A stretch of DNA of 64,000 bases from Patescibacteria group bacterium (GCA_018971685.1 JAGXAG010000005.1:1842-65841), one strand, 5' to 3'; counted from the first letter of the stretch, positions 47,327 to 56,745 are shown. Program-made: numbers and translations. The notes: generated by a model from the sequence alone, not told the origin.

Positions 47327-48336
47327 TTCGTCAGTCCAGATTTGAACATGCGCCGCAGGGTAGTAATGACAAGTTCGCGGCGCATGTCTTTGTAGCATAG
47401 TATAGCTTGCCACTGTTCCTCGGTTGTATGTGCGCCCTTCGCAACATATTCTTGTACGATCAGTTTGTATCTTTTGAGCGAAGCAAAGGCCGGCCCCGTT
47501 TTCATTGGCCAGCCATTTATAAAAGCAATCATATCCTCCAGTTGGGGGCGCGTCAGCTTTAGATATGGTTTCAAGTTCCTCTCGTTTACTTGATACGCAT
47601 GTTCGGCTTGGATCTTTTGTGTGGAGGAGGCGAGCACAGATACTGAACCCGGTTGGCTGCGGAATCTGATGAGTATTTCCGGTATATTGGCGAGCTCATA
47701 GCCGGCATCCGCATATCGGCACCAGAGGTCATAGTCTTCGGCATAGAGATAGTTTGTATCATAACCGCCGAGCATGTTGAAAGCGTCCTTGCGCATCATC
47801 ACAGCCGAGTGGATGAATTGCGTGCCGAGGATGAGCTTGAAATGTATGCGTTCGTTGTTTTCGGCTTTTATTTTTATTTTTTGCGGCGTCCCGTTTTGAT
47901 CGATCATTTGGGCATAAGATCCGACAGCCGACACATTCGGGTGCGAATCGAGGAAGGCGACTTGTTTGGCGAAGCGTTCAGGAAGGCATAGGTCATCGGC
48001 ATCGAGCACGGCCAGATATTCGCCTCGCGCGATCTTCACCGCTTCATTCCGGGCAATGGCTTGGCCGGAATTCTTGGATAGGTGAATGACATTGATGCGA
48101 GGATCTTTCCTTGCGTATTCGTCGGCAATGCGGCCAGTTGCGTCTTTGGCCGCATCATCCGCGATTATGAGCTCCCAGTTCGTGTAGGTCTGCGCCTGCA
48201 CGCTCTCGATGGCTTCGCCGATGTACTTCTCGGCGTTATACGCGGCCATGATGACGGAGACTAGAGGTTTGCGGGTATTCGTATCCATGTTGGTGGACAA
48301 ATGTCCTTGTTTTCCAGGCGTGGGTCGCGGAACCAC
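47323..48336 (-). CDS. Glycosyltransferase family 2
   Basis: PLVSVIMAAYNAEKYIGEAIESVQAQTYTNWELIIADDAAKD and YLAVLDADD (DxD). Confidence 0.85.
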   Translation of the reverse strand: MVPRPTPGKQGHLSTNMDTNTRKPLVSVIMAAYNAEKYIGEAIESVQAQTYTNWELIIADDAAKDATGRIADEYARKDPRINVIHLSKNSGQAIARNEAVKIARGEYLAVLDADDLCLPERFAKQVAFLDSHPNVSAVGSYAQMIDQNGTPQKIKIKAENNERIHFKLILGTQFIHSAVMMRKDAFNMLGGYDTNYLYAEDYDLWCRYADAGYELANIPEILIRFRSQPGSVSVLASSTQKIQAEHAYQVNERNLKPYLKLTRPQLEDMIAFINGWPMKTGPAFASLKRYKLIVQEYVAKGAHTTEEQWQAILCYKDMRRELVITTLRRMFKSGLTN

Positions 48337-49142
48337 GGTATGGGCGCGATAACAATTTTATCAGGTCTTGGGTCCAGCCAGGCACCCCACCAGGAGAATG
48401 AGCTGTTCGAGATGACATGTCGGCGGCAGAGGCTCATGAGGCGCATCTCCTCCCAATCCTTGAGGTCGAGCTCGGATACATAGACGGTATTAGTCGGCAG
48501 ATCGAGCGAGCTTCGTACCCAGGCGATGTCGTCAGAAAATGCGAAGATCCGCGGATAGCCCAAAGCATCGGCCGCTTTTTGCAGAGCCGCTTTGTAATAA
48601 TCGGCGCTCTTCGCTCCGATCACTTCTGCAGCGCCTCGGTGCGTCACATAATCGCCGCGGCGGACATGAAGAGATACGCTTGATTCATCTATCATGCGTT
48701 GTAGATCCGAGGCCGTTGAACTCAAGGGAGGAAAATGCGAGAAAGCCTTGCGGATCTCATCTTGTACGGAGGCGAAATATCTTTCGCTTTGCCAATTGCC
48801 GCGGAAGTAGGCATTGCCCCGGACCTTGAATACGAACGGGTCGAAAGAGCCGAATCGTTCAGAGATATATGCGGGCGAGCTCGGTCGGATGGCGTGCGTA
48901 ATGAATGAGACTTTCGGGTGCGCGCGGCCGCACTGGAAGACGGCCGATTCTCCAGCCGATGCCAGCCGGGCTTCTATACCGAAGACTTCTTTCAAGCGAT
49001 ATTCGCGTTTCGCGTCATTCGGCGTGATGAGTCCAACGAGGTCGAGCGCGATCTCGTCGCCGGTTGATGCGGCAAGGCTGTGCGCAAAAGCGTACTGGAA
49101 CATCTGATTGCCCAAGCCTCCTTCTATGCGGATAATCTTCAT
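48261..49142 (-). CDS. Alpha-1,2-fucosyltransferase (GT11)
   Basis: MKIIRIEGGLGNQMFQYAFAHSLA is the GT11 N-terminal signature. C-terminal HVRRGDY and ...WWGAWL blocks. Confidence 0.85.
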   Translation of the reverse strand: MKIIRIEGGLGNQMFQYAFAHSLAASTGDEIALDLVGLITPNDAKREYRLKEVFGIEARLASAGESAVFQCGRAHPKVSFITHAIRPSSPAYISERFGSFDPFVFKVRGNAYFRGNWQSERYFASVQDEIRKAFSHFPPLSSTASDLQRMIDESSVSLHVRRGDYVTHRGAAEVIGAKSADYYKAALQKAADALGYPRIFAFSDDIAWVRSSLDLPTNTVYVSELDLKDWEEMRLMSLCRRHVISNSSFSWWGAWLDPRPDKIVIAPIPWFRDPRLENKDICPPTWIRIPANL

Positions 49143-50371
49143 AGCGATTTCAATTGGTCGATGAATGAGGCGGCGCGATGATATGTCGTATGCTTTTCGA
49201 ATACCTCTTTCTGTGCCGCGAGCGCGTGCCTGGTACCGATGTCAGGATTATGGATTATATTCTCGAAATGCGCCAGGTATGCTTCAGGCGTATCGGCGAT
49301 GAAAAGCGAGTCAGGGCCGAATATTTTATCGAGCAGCTTGGCATGGTCGGTCACTTGCGGCACGCCGCAGGCAGCCAGTTGGTATGTCCTTTCATTTGTC
49401 TCACAGGGCCAATTGATTTGTTCCGGCAAGTGCAGATTGAGTCCGACTTTCGCCCGAGCATAGACATAACGATCTCTGTCACGATTGAATCTGAATTTTT
49501 TTATGCGTTCCCAACCGGGTCCATCGATGAATCCAGGATATTCGGTCATTATCGGTGATAAAAAATCCAGCATAGCGGGCTTCGAGCTCTGCTTTGAGGC
49601 CAAGTATACATAATTGAGGTCGCGCTCGAATCCGGCGACAGGGAAGTAGCGGCTTATGTGCGCGCCGAAAGGCATGAAGAGCACTTTGTATCCAGCGTCA
49701 AAGAATGGCCGGTATTCTTTCCGTGAATGGATGTATTCCGGATCGCGGAACGAATAATAGAAATCGACGCTGTGAGCTTTGGCCCAAGCCAATCTGCCGG
49801 CCAATGGCGAATTCCCGTATTCCTCGAGGGAAGCGGTCAGTCCAATCTTCAGATGATGAATCTTTTTCCGATCTTTGACCGTTCGCCAGTCTATCTTTTC
49901 CAAGTAGCTCGCGTGATCGCTCGTGAGGAGAATGGTCGGCTTAAAAGAATCCAAGATCGGGCCTATCGGCTCATTCCAGTCAAGCTCTTTGGTTGGTACG
50001 CCAATGAACTCAAAGGCCTCTTTGAAATTCGTGAACAAGGAATAACCGGCTGGCGATATATTCTGGTCAGGTATGTGGATGACGATGCGTTCAAAGTGTC
50101 GGTTTTCGAGTATGCCGCTGAATTCCGTTTCAATCTTCTTTTTCAGCGTATGTCCTTGAATGACAATCGGATCGTTCGAAACCCCGTAGGCTTCTTCCGA
50201 TTCGTATGAGCCGCGATCGGCGAGGGCCAATTCCGCGTTTGCCAATATGCCGGCCCGATTTTTCCAAGTATCCTTTTTTATGCGATCCTCAAAAACGGTT
50301 TTATGCCACGCATGGTCTGGCCGACCCAGGATCTTTTTTATGTAATGTTTTGTATATCTGTTGAATTTCAT
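49139..50371 (-). CDS. CgeB-like/Glyco_trans_1_2-type glycosyltransferase
   Basis: C-terminal LNLHLPEQINWPCETNERTYQLAACGVPQVTDHAKLLDKIFGPDSLFIA...HTTYHRAASFIDQL resembles the CgeB/DUF3880 family. Confidence 0.5.
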   Translation of the reverse strand: MKFNRYTKHYIKKILGRPDHAWHKTVFEDRIKKDTWKNRAGILANAELALADRGSYESEEAYGVSNDPIVIQGHTLKKKIETEFSGILENRHFERIVIHIPDQNISPAGYSLFTNFKEAFEFIGVPTKELDWNEPIGPILDSFKPTILLTSDHASYLEKIDWRTVKDRKKIHHLKIGLTASLEEYGNSPLAGRLAWAKAHSVDFYYSFRDPEYIHSRKEYRPFFDAGYKVLFMPFGAHISRYFPVAGFERDLNYVYLASKQSSKPAMLDFLSPIMTEYPGFIDGPGWERIKKFRFNRDRDRYVYARAKVGLNLHLPEQINWPCETNERTYQLAACGVPQVTDHAKLLDKIFGPDSLFIADTPEAYLAHFENIIHNPDIGTRHALAAQKEVFEKHTTYHRAASFIDQLKSL

Positions 50372-50381
50372 CTGCTATTGC

Positions 50382-51110
50382 TCAAGGTTTGACGAACCAA
50401 AAACAGCCGCAGCCGTAAGATTGCTTGTCGGCGAACGCAGGGTCGGCCTTCGGTATTAAGCCGACTTTTTCTCCATTGTCAGGCACCATGCTAAAATCTT
50501 TAAGCTCGAACCCGTCAAACATGCTCATAACCATATCGTAAGAATAAATACGATGGGCGTTGAAAATTATTTGCGGTTTGCCTATAGGGACAACGAAAAG
50601 TATAGTACCTCCGTGAGCCGCGACCCTTTTTAGTTCCATGACGGCCTTAAGATCGCCTTCAGGATCTAGCGGATCCCCATATCGCCCCAGACCAATATGT
50701 TCTATTACATGCATACATGATAAAGAATCGATGCTATTGTCCAGGAATGGCAAAGCCGTCAAGTCAGCACGCTTTGATGTAAGGTTGCTGAGCCTGATGT
50801 TGGCGGGCCGGTAATCATAAAAATCGACAGGTATAAAGGCTGAAACTATTGAACAAAAATATAGCGTTGAAGAGAAATCAACATGCTTTGCCGGTTTTGT
50901 TACGGCCAAGATACGAGCGGCCCATGAGGGATGATATATATAATGGGCGTCAAAGCGTGTTTCCGTATCATTTTCATACATAGCCTGATGTTCTCGCCAT
51001 GACAGATGGAATGGACGGTTTGATGAGATCATATTTTTAAATACATCAAAATCACGGCGAAGTTTTCGGTTTAGAGAACCTCTATATATTATTTTTCGCA
51101 ATACCTTCAT
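50382..51110 (-). CDS. DUF268-like putative SAM-dependent methyltransferase
   Basis: LSCMHVIEHIGLGRYGDPLDPEGDLKAVMELKRVAAHGGTILFVVPIG. Confidence 0.55.
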   Translation of the reverse strand: MKVLRKIIYRGSLNRKLRRDFDVFKNMISSNRPFHLSWREHQAMYENDTETRFDAHYIYHPSWAARILAVTKPAKHVDFSSTLYFCSIVSAFIPVDFYDYRPANIRLSNLTSKRADLTALPFLDNSIDSLSCMHVIEHIGLGRYGDPLDPEGDLKAVMELKRVAAHGGTILFVVPIGKPQIIFNAHRIYSYDMVMSMFDGFELKDFSMVPDNGEKVGLIPKADPAFADKQSYGCGCFWFVKP

Positions 51111-51685
51111 TTTGGGATGATAGTTATCATATCGTCTTTAATTGATGACCTGTACCCATTTTTTGTGGCTAGTTCAAATACAGCTTTTTGAACAGGATAA
51201 TTGTTAGTTCCGTCGAACAGCCTAGCGTCGTCAATCAATATTACATGTCGGCGCACGGGGTGAGACATGATTGCTTGGAGCTCTTTTACGATCGGAGTAT
51301 CTATTTGTCCGCGGGCAGTGATACCGCCAGAGTAATGTCCGTCTAACCAAAATAATGCAGGCTCCACGAGCTCGTTTATTACTGTGGGCAATATCACACC
51401 ACTATCTCCTTTGTATAAGCGGACATTTCGGTATTGCGCAAAGCGTCTTTGCGCTGCGATGAACAGATCTGTATCAAGCTCTATAGATATCACGGAAGCG
51501 AACATGTCTTTGGCCCGATTGAGCGTATCTCCCAGGTATGTTCCTGTTTCAATGAATATTTCGGTACCATAGCGCTTCCGAAGCCTGTATATAGTCTTTA
51601 TTTTAACTTCGAATAAGGCGGGATGTTTTCCATCAGTCATCGCTTTTCGTATACGAGACAGTGATTCCGATAATATAGACATCAT
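51107..51685 (-). CDS. Class I SAM-dependent methyltransferase (FkbM/TylF-like)
   Basis: EIFIETGTYLGDTLNRA...VISIELD...WLDGHYS. Confidence 0.55.
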   Translation of the reverse strand: MMSILSESLSRIRKAMTDGKHPALFEVKIKTIYRLRKRYGTEIFIETGTYLGDTLNRAKDMFASVISIELDTDLFIAAQRRFAQYRNVRLYKGDSGVILPTVINELVEPALFWLDGHYSGGITARGQIDTPIVKELQAIMSHPVRRHVILIDDARLFDGTNNYPVQKAVFELATKNGYRSSIKDDMITIIPK

Positions 51686-52941
51686 CGGTATTCGTGATCA
51701 AGATTCCATTCCGAAATAGCATTCATAGGGCCCCTGTTTTCCTGTATAGTCATTTGTTTGCCGTGCGGGCTGACTTCAAGGACGGCCTGGTATGGTTCGT
51801 AGTAGCTTATCTCCTTGTCGCGCGTTATGCCTAAGCCGATATGATAATTGCCCGGGCGCAGCATATGTTCTATTTTTACATCAAATTCGTGCCGGCCCGG
51901 TTCCAATGTCTCGCCGGCGTGCTCTTTTTGGTCTGAGTTTCTGACAATGAATAACAATTGATCGTTTAAGCTATTGCATGAAATAGCAAAGTTCATGTTC
52001 TCTAACCGCTCATTCACTTCTATGGAAAGCTTAAGATGAATCGGTTGATCATAGGCGATACCGAATGTACCGATCATACCATCGACGAGCTCAATTGAGG
52101 TTATTTTGTACCCTTTTCCCGCGAACGCATCAGATTCTGGTATTACCTTATGGGCAGTGCGGCTTACATTGAGATAATGGCTTATGATATCCCTCGTGTC
52201 ACCGGTCATGGCCACGCGCCCTTTTTCGAGTAGCACCGTTTTCTTGCAGAGTCGTTCGATTGCTGACATTGAATGGCTGACGAATATAATGGTCCGGCCG
52301 TCTTTGTGTGTAACCTCCTCCATTTTATTCAGACACTTGCGTTGAAATTCCGCATCGCCAACGGCCAAGACCTCGTCAACAAGCAAAATATCCGGCTCCA
52401 TATGCGCCGCGACTGAGAATGCCAATCTCACATACATGCCGCTTGAATAGTACTTGACCGGCGTGTCCAAAAACTTCGATATGCCCGCGAAATCAACGAT
52501 TTGGTCGAATTTTCGGGATATTTCTCGTTTGGTCATGCCGATAATGGCTCCGTTTAGGAATATATTCTCGCGCCCGGTTAATTCTGGATTGAAACCGGTA
52601 CCAACCTCCAAAAGTGATCCGACCTTGCCGCGGATGATTACCTCGCCTTTGGTCGGGGGAGTTATTTGCGAAAGAATCTTGAGCAATGTTGATTTGCCGG
52701 CGCCGTTGTGGCCTATGATGCCTATAACATCCCCGCGGTTGATTTCAATATTTATGTTATCAAGAGCCCAAAATTCTTCTTTCTTCTCGAATCCTGCCAC
52801 AGTCCGTGCCTTCTCTTTGACGAAAGAAAAAGGACTTTTGATGACATTCATGATCACATCCCGCAACGCTATATAGCCACCCCTCTCATGAGAGATCTTG
52901 TAACTTTTCGATATGCTTTTTATTTCGATGACTGGTTTCAT
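51682..52941 (-). CDS. Polysaccharide ABC transporter ATP-binding protein (Wzt/TagH-like) with ~170-aa C-terminal beta-rich extension
   Basis: GIIGHNGAGKSTLLKIL (Walker A), YSSGMYVRLAFSVA (ABC signature), ILLVDEVLAVGD (Walker B). The likely start is the ATG at 52941 (MKPVIEIKSISKSYK), not the listed 53010. Confidence 0.85.
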   Translation of the reverse strand: MKPVIEIKSISKSYKISHERGGYIALRDVIMNVIKSPFSFVKEKARTVAGFEKKEEFWALDNINIEINRGDVIGIIGHNGAGKSTLLKILSQITPPTKGEVIIRGKVGSLLEVGTGFNPELTGRENIFLNGAIIGMTKREISRKFDQIVDFAGISKFLDTPVKYYSSGMYVRLAFSVAAHMEPDILLVDEVLAVGDAEFQRKCLNKMEEVTHKDGRTIIFVSHSMSAIERLCKKTVLLEKGRVAMTGDTRDIISHYLNVSRTAHKVIPESDAFAGKGYKITSIELVDGMIGTFGIAYDQPIHLKLSIEVNERLENMNFAISCNSLNDQLLFIVRNSDQKEHAGETLEPGRHEFDVKIEHMLRPGNYHIGLGITRDKEISYYEPYQAVLEVSPHGKQMTIQENRGPMNAISEWNLDHEYR

Positions 52942-53762
52942 ACGATATCTGCGAAATATCTTTCGACCTTTTTGAACATATATACTCCTGCAACAAGCAA
53001 GATCACACACCCCATGAACGATATTGCCAAAAGAAACCAGTTGATCGGCGCCGTGCCCAAGAGCGCGGCGCGAGCGTTTTGGATGACGCCGGTCATGGGG
53101 TTTATGGCTAACAGTTTGGAATATTTTCCAGCAATCGATGCCGGATATATTACCGGGGTGACAAACAGGAGTATTTGTACGAAGTAAGGTAATACATAAC
53201 GAACATCCCTGTATTTAACATTAATTGCTGCCAGGAATAGGCCGCCGCCGACCGAAGCCATGAATGTGATGACAAGCAATAGCGGTATCATAAGAAGTCC
53301 GGTGAAGCTCGGCATGAACCCGTAATATATCATGAGTCCGACCATGATTATCGCGGCTATGAAGAAATCAACAAGTTGGGTAATGACCGAAGATATCGGC
53401 AATATTAGGCGCGGGAAGTAGACTTTGGTGATCAGGGCCTGATTGCCAACCAATGAATTGGCCGTGCCGGAAAGAGCCGCGGAGAAGAATTGCCAGAATA
53501 ATAGACCTGTGTATACAAAGATTGGATAGGGCACATTGTCAGAGGGTATTTTTGCCAGACCGCCGAAGAAGACCGAAAAGACCACCATAGACATGAACGG
53601 CTGGAATACGGCCCATGCCGCTCCTATAAAGGTTTGCTTGTATCTGACTTTAAGATCACGCCAGGTAAGGAAATATAGTAGCTCCTTGTATATCCATAAC
53701 TCTTTCAGATCCGACAGGTGGAATATTTTCTTGGGGCGGATGACTGTTACTTGTGTGGACAT
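52938..53762 (-). CDS. ABC-2 type polysaccharide export permease (Wzm-like)
   Basis: Six TM helices; LVGNQALITKVYFPRLILPISSVITQLVDF is the ABC-2 signature. Confidence 0.85.
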   Translation of the reverse strand: MSTQVTVIRPKKIFHLSDLKELWIYKELLYFLTWRDLKVRYKQTFIGAAWAVFQPFMSMVVFSVFFGGLAKIPSDNVPYPIFVYTGLLFWQFFSAALSGTANSLVGNQALITKVYFPRLILPISSVITQLVDFFIAAIIMVGLMIYYGFMPSFTGLLMIPLLLVITFMASVGGGLFLAAINVKYRDVRYVLPYFVQILLFVTPVIYPASIAGKYSKLLAINPMTGVIQNARAALLGTAPINWFLLAISFMGCVILLVAGVYMFKKVERYFADIV

Positions 53763-53876
53763 GCGGCTATCCTATCACATTACAAAGTCGTTGTTGAGCT
53801 TTTGTCTGCCATGATATATGATAGTTTCATTACTCTAAGCCGCACGACGATTAGTCGCGGAATTACCATAACGCAC

Positions 53877-56132
53877 ATGACCATCAAAAAAACCACTCGC
53901 TTTGTAACGATCGCCGCTCTCTTCCTCGTCCCCATTTTCGCTCTGATCGTAGCCAACTCGCTCTTTTTCCCGTTTATTACCGGCAAGGCATTCTATTTCC
54001 GCCTCATGGTTGAGATCGCTTTCGCCGCCTGGGTGATTCTGGCTTTTCTTGATGCCAGATACCGGCCGAAGCTGAATGCTCTCACGGTCGGCGTGACACT
54101 TTTTACTGTTGTCGCCCTCATTGCCGACCTTCTGGGCGTGAATCCGATCCGAAGCATGTGGTCCAATTTCGAACGCATGGAGGGCTGGATAACGATCGTT
54201 CATCTGTGGGCGTTCTTCATCGCGGCGGCGGCGGTGTTCGGCGCGGAAGGGGAGGCGAAAAAGTGGTGGCATCGGTTCTTCAATTTCGAATTGGCGGTGG
54301 CTTTTGTCGTCGGGCTTTACGGCTTGGGACAATTGCTCGGCTGGTTCGCGATCCATCAGGGTTCGACCAGGATCGACGCGTCGCTGGGCAATGCGGCGTA
54401 CATGGCGGTTTACATGCTCATGAACGCCGGTTTGGCGGCGTACTTGTTCCTGGCGGAAAAGGCGAAGCGCGCGGCGGCAAAATCGCCGGGCATTTCATTC
54501 ATGGGCTGGATATATATTGTTCTTACCGTACTCTTTTCTTTCCTCCTCTTTGAAACTTCCACTCGCGGCACGATTCTCGGCTTTACCGGCGGACTCATGC
54601 TGGCGCTTTTCCTCTATGCGCTTTTTGCCAAGAATGGATCCAAGCGGTCGCGCATGATCTCAGGCGGCGTCGTGGCGCTCATTGTGATCGCGGGCATCGG
54701 CATTTACGCTTTGCGCAACCAGCCGATCGTCAAGAACAACGAGGTCTTGAACCGCATGACGAGCATTTCCTTGAGCAATACCGAGTCGACGGCGCGCCTT
54801 TATATCTGGCAAATGGCTCTGACCGGCTGGACCGAAAGGCCGGTTTTGGGTTGGGGCCAGGAGAATTTCAACTACATCTTCAACGCCAATTACAATCCGA
54901 AAATGTGGTCGCAGGAGCAGTGGTTCGATCGCGCGCACAGCGTATACTTCGACTGGCTGGTGGCTGGAGGGTTGGTGGGACTCATGGCTTATCTCGCGCT
55001 GTATGTATTGTTGTTGCGCGGAATTTGGAAATCGGGATTTACCATGTCCGAAAAGTGCGCCTTGACCGGACTGGTGGCCGGCTACGCGGTGCACAACATA
55101 TTTGTGTTCGATAACTTGGCGAGCTATGTCTTGTTCTTTACTCTGCTCGGATTCGTTGCGTCGATAAAATCCTCCGCTGCTTTGCGGCACCCCCTTTTGC
55201 AAAGGGGGAATTCATCGCAAGAATCTTTCACTAACGGCGCTTCAACCATAGGCGGAACGAAGGAAGTCAGGCCCGAGATAGTCGAATATGTGGTGGCGCC
55301 GATATCGATCGTCGCCTTGGTTATCGTGATTTTCTTCTTTGAACTGCGCCCATACCAAGCCAATACCGCTCTTATCACCGCTTTGCAATCATGCTCCGGA
55401 CCGACGCCGGACGCTACATTGTTCGACAAGGCGCTTGCCGTGAACACTTATGTTGCCAACCAGGAAATCCGCGAGCAGTCGCTCTCTTGCGCCGGTTCGG
55501 TCATCGGAAGCCAGAGTGCGCCCGGACCGACGAAGCAGGCTTTCTTCCAGTTGGCCGTGAATAATATCCAGGCTCAGATTGCCGCCACGCCGAAAGATGC
55601 GAGGATGTATGTGCTCGGCGGCGGATTCTTGCTGGGTGCGGGACAAAACGCGCAAGCCCTGCAGCTGCTCGTCGACGCGCACGCGCTGTCGCCGGCCAAA
55701 CAGTCGATTGATTTTCAATTGGCGCAAGCGTATTTGAATGCCGGCCAGATACCGGAATCAGTGGCGGTATTGCGGCAAGCCTATGAAGGCGATCCGTCGT
55801 ATGGCGAAGCGCGCTCGGCCTATGCCACCGGGTTGGTTCTGACCGGGCAGGAAAGTTTGGCGCACCAATTGTTCGGCGACGATCCGGCGGTATTCCAGAC
55901 CGAGCAGATGGCGGGCGTATATGCCAACCTGAAGCAATACCAAAAAGCGATCTCGATCTATGTTGCGCTCATCAAAAACAGCCCGACGGATGTCAACTTG
56001 CTTTCCAGGCTTGCGCAAATACAATACGCGGCGGGCATGAAGACGCAAGCGATTGCGACCTTGCGCAGTATTGAGAAGGATCATCCGGAATACAAAGACC
56101 AGATCGAGGCGGCGATCAAGCAGGTGCAGTAG
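53877..56132 (+). CDS. O-antigen ligase/Wzy_C-domain polytopic membrane protein fused to C-terminal TPR repeats (candidate glycan ligase/O-oligosaccharyltransferase)
   Basis: About 12 TM helices with a large loop (Wzy_C-like); the C-terminal ~250 aa carry TPR-like repeats (AQAYLNAGQIPESVAVLRQAYEGDPSYGEA...). The start is taken at the ATG at 53877; the listed 53718 start overlaps Wzm. Confidence 0.65.
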   Translation: MTIKKTTRFVTIAALFLVPIFALIVANSLFFPFITGKAFYFRLMVEIAFAAWVILAFLDARYRPKLNALTVGVTLFTVVALIADLLGVNPIRSMWSNFERMEGWITIVHLWAFFIAAAAVFGAEGEAKKWWHRFFNFELAVAFVVGLYGLGQLLGWFAIHQGSTRIDASLGNAAYMAVYMLMNAGLAAYLFLAEKAKRAAAKSPGISFMGWIYIVLTVLFSFLLFETSTRGTILGFTGGLMLALFLYALFAKNGSKRSRMISGGVVALIVIAGIGIYALRNQPIVKNNEVLNRMTSISLSNTESTARLYIWQMALTGWTERPVLGWGQENFNYIFNANYNPKMWSQEQWFDRAHSVYFDWLVAGGLVGLMAYLALYVLLLRGIWKSGFTMSEKCALTGLVAGYAVHNIFVFDNLASYVLFFTLLGFVASIKSSAALRHPLLQRGNSSQESFTNGASTIGGTKEVRPEIVEYVVAPISIVALVIVIFFFELRPYQANTALITALQSCSGPTPDATLFDKALAVNTYVANQEIREQSLSCAGSVIGSQSAPGPTKQAFFQLAVNNIQAQIAATPKDARMYVLGGGFLLGAGQNAQALQLLVDAHALSPAKQSIDFQLAQAYLNAGQIPESVAVLRQAYEGDPSYGEARSAYATGLVLTGQESLAHQLFGDDPAVFQTEQMAGVYANLKQYQKAISIYVALIKNSPTDVNLLSRLAQIQYAAGMKTQAIATLRSIEKDHPEYKDQIEAAIKQVQ
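55184..55213. repeat. Family-C small hairpin element (CCCCCTTT-TGC-AAAGGGGG) in-frame in the Wzy_C-TPR gene
   Basis: GCGGCACCCCCTTTTGCAAAGGGGGAATTC is the near reverse complement of 60714-60742 in secA. Confidence 0.5.
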
Positions 56133-56157
56133 TATCGGAATACCTCGCGCTCAAAGC

Positions 56158-56196
56158 AACAATCAACAGAGGGGCACCCTCTGTTGATTGTTTTGT
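56158..56196 (+). terminator. Intrinsic terminator (15-bp perfect stem AACAATCAACAGAGG/CCTCTGTTGATTGTT, loop GGCAC, then TTG/T-rich)
   Basis: Directly after the Wzy_C-TPR gene stop. Confidence 0.6.
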
Positions 56197-56251
56197 CAAG
56201 GTTGTCCGGTAATGTGCACACACATATGGCGGTTTCTCCTAGAATGGAGGA

Positions 56252-56608
56252 ATGAGCATTGATCCTATAGGTTTTGTAGGCCCGATGACCGAAGCAGCGA
56301 TCGAATCAGCGGTCCAGAGTCTTTCGAACGCATCATCCACACCCGCCGCCGCTCCACAGACTTCGGTCGGTTTGACTTCGGCGGCTTTGATCCGCACTCT
56401 GTCGGTCGGTGAATCAGGCGCCGATGTCACGGCCCTGCAGACATTCTTGGAAAACAAAGGGTATCTGACGATCCCGCCGGGAATCGCCAAGGGCTACTTT
56501 GGCGCTTTGACTAAAAAGGCGGTAGTCGTCTTCCAGAAAGAAAACAGCATCGATCCGATCGGCATCGTCGGACCCATGACCCGCGCGGCAATCGAGAAAC
56601 TGCAGTGA
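56252..56608 (+). CDS. Small protein with two peptidoglycan-binding-like (PG_binding_1) repeats
   Basis: ADVTALQTFLENKGYLTIPPGIAKGYFGALTKKAVVVFQKENSIDPIGIVGPMTRAAI, with the internal repeat IDPIGFVGPMTEAAIE / IDPIGIVGPMTRAAIE. GGAGGA SD upstream. Confidence 0.65.
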   Translation: MSIDPIGFVGPMTEAAIESAVQSLSNASSTPAAAPQTSVGLTSAALIRTLSVGESGADVTALQTFLENKGYLTIPPGIAKGYFGALTKKAVVVFQKENSIDPIGIVGPMTRAAIEKLQ

Positions 56609-56683
56609 TTTCATGGTGCCTCCGGCGCGGAGTTATCCACTCCCATAACTTGCAAAATCTGTCAAATGTGCTATATTAGGAGC

Positions 56684-56745
56684 GTGTGAGTGTGTGAGAA
56701 ACCAAGAAAATGTCTACGCAAAGCCCCGCCCTCGGCGGGTTTTTG
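56684..56745 (+). ncRNA. Candidate small RNA between a TTGCAA-N16-TATATT promoter (56650-56677) and a terminator (CCCGCC-CTC-GGCGGG-TTTTT, 56725-56745)
   Basis: Promoter and terminator bracket ~60 nt in a 350-bp intergenic region. No known family recognised. Confidence 0.2.
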
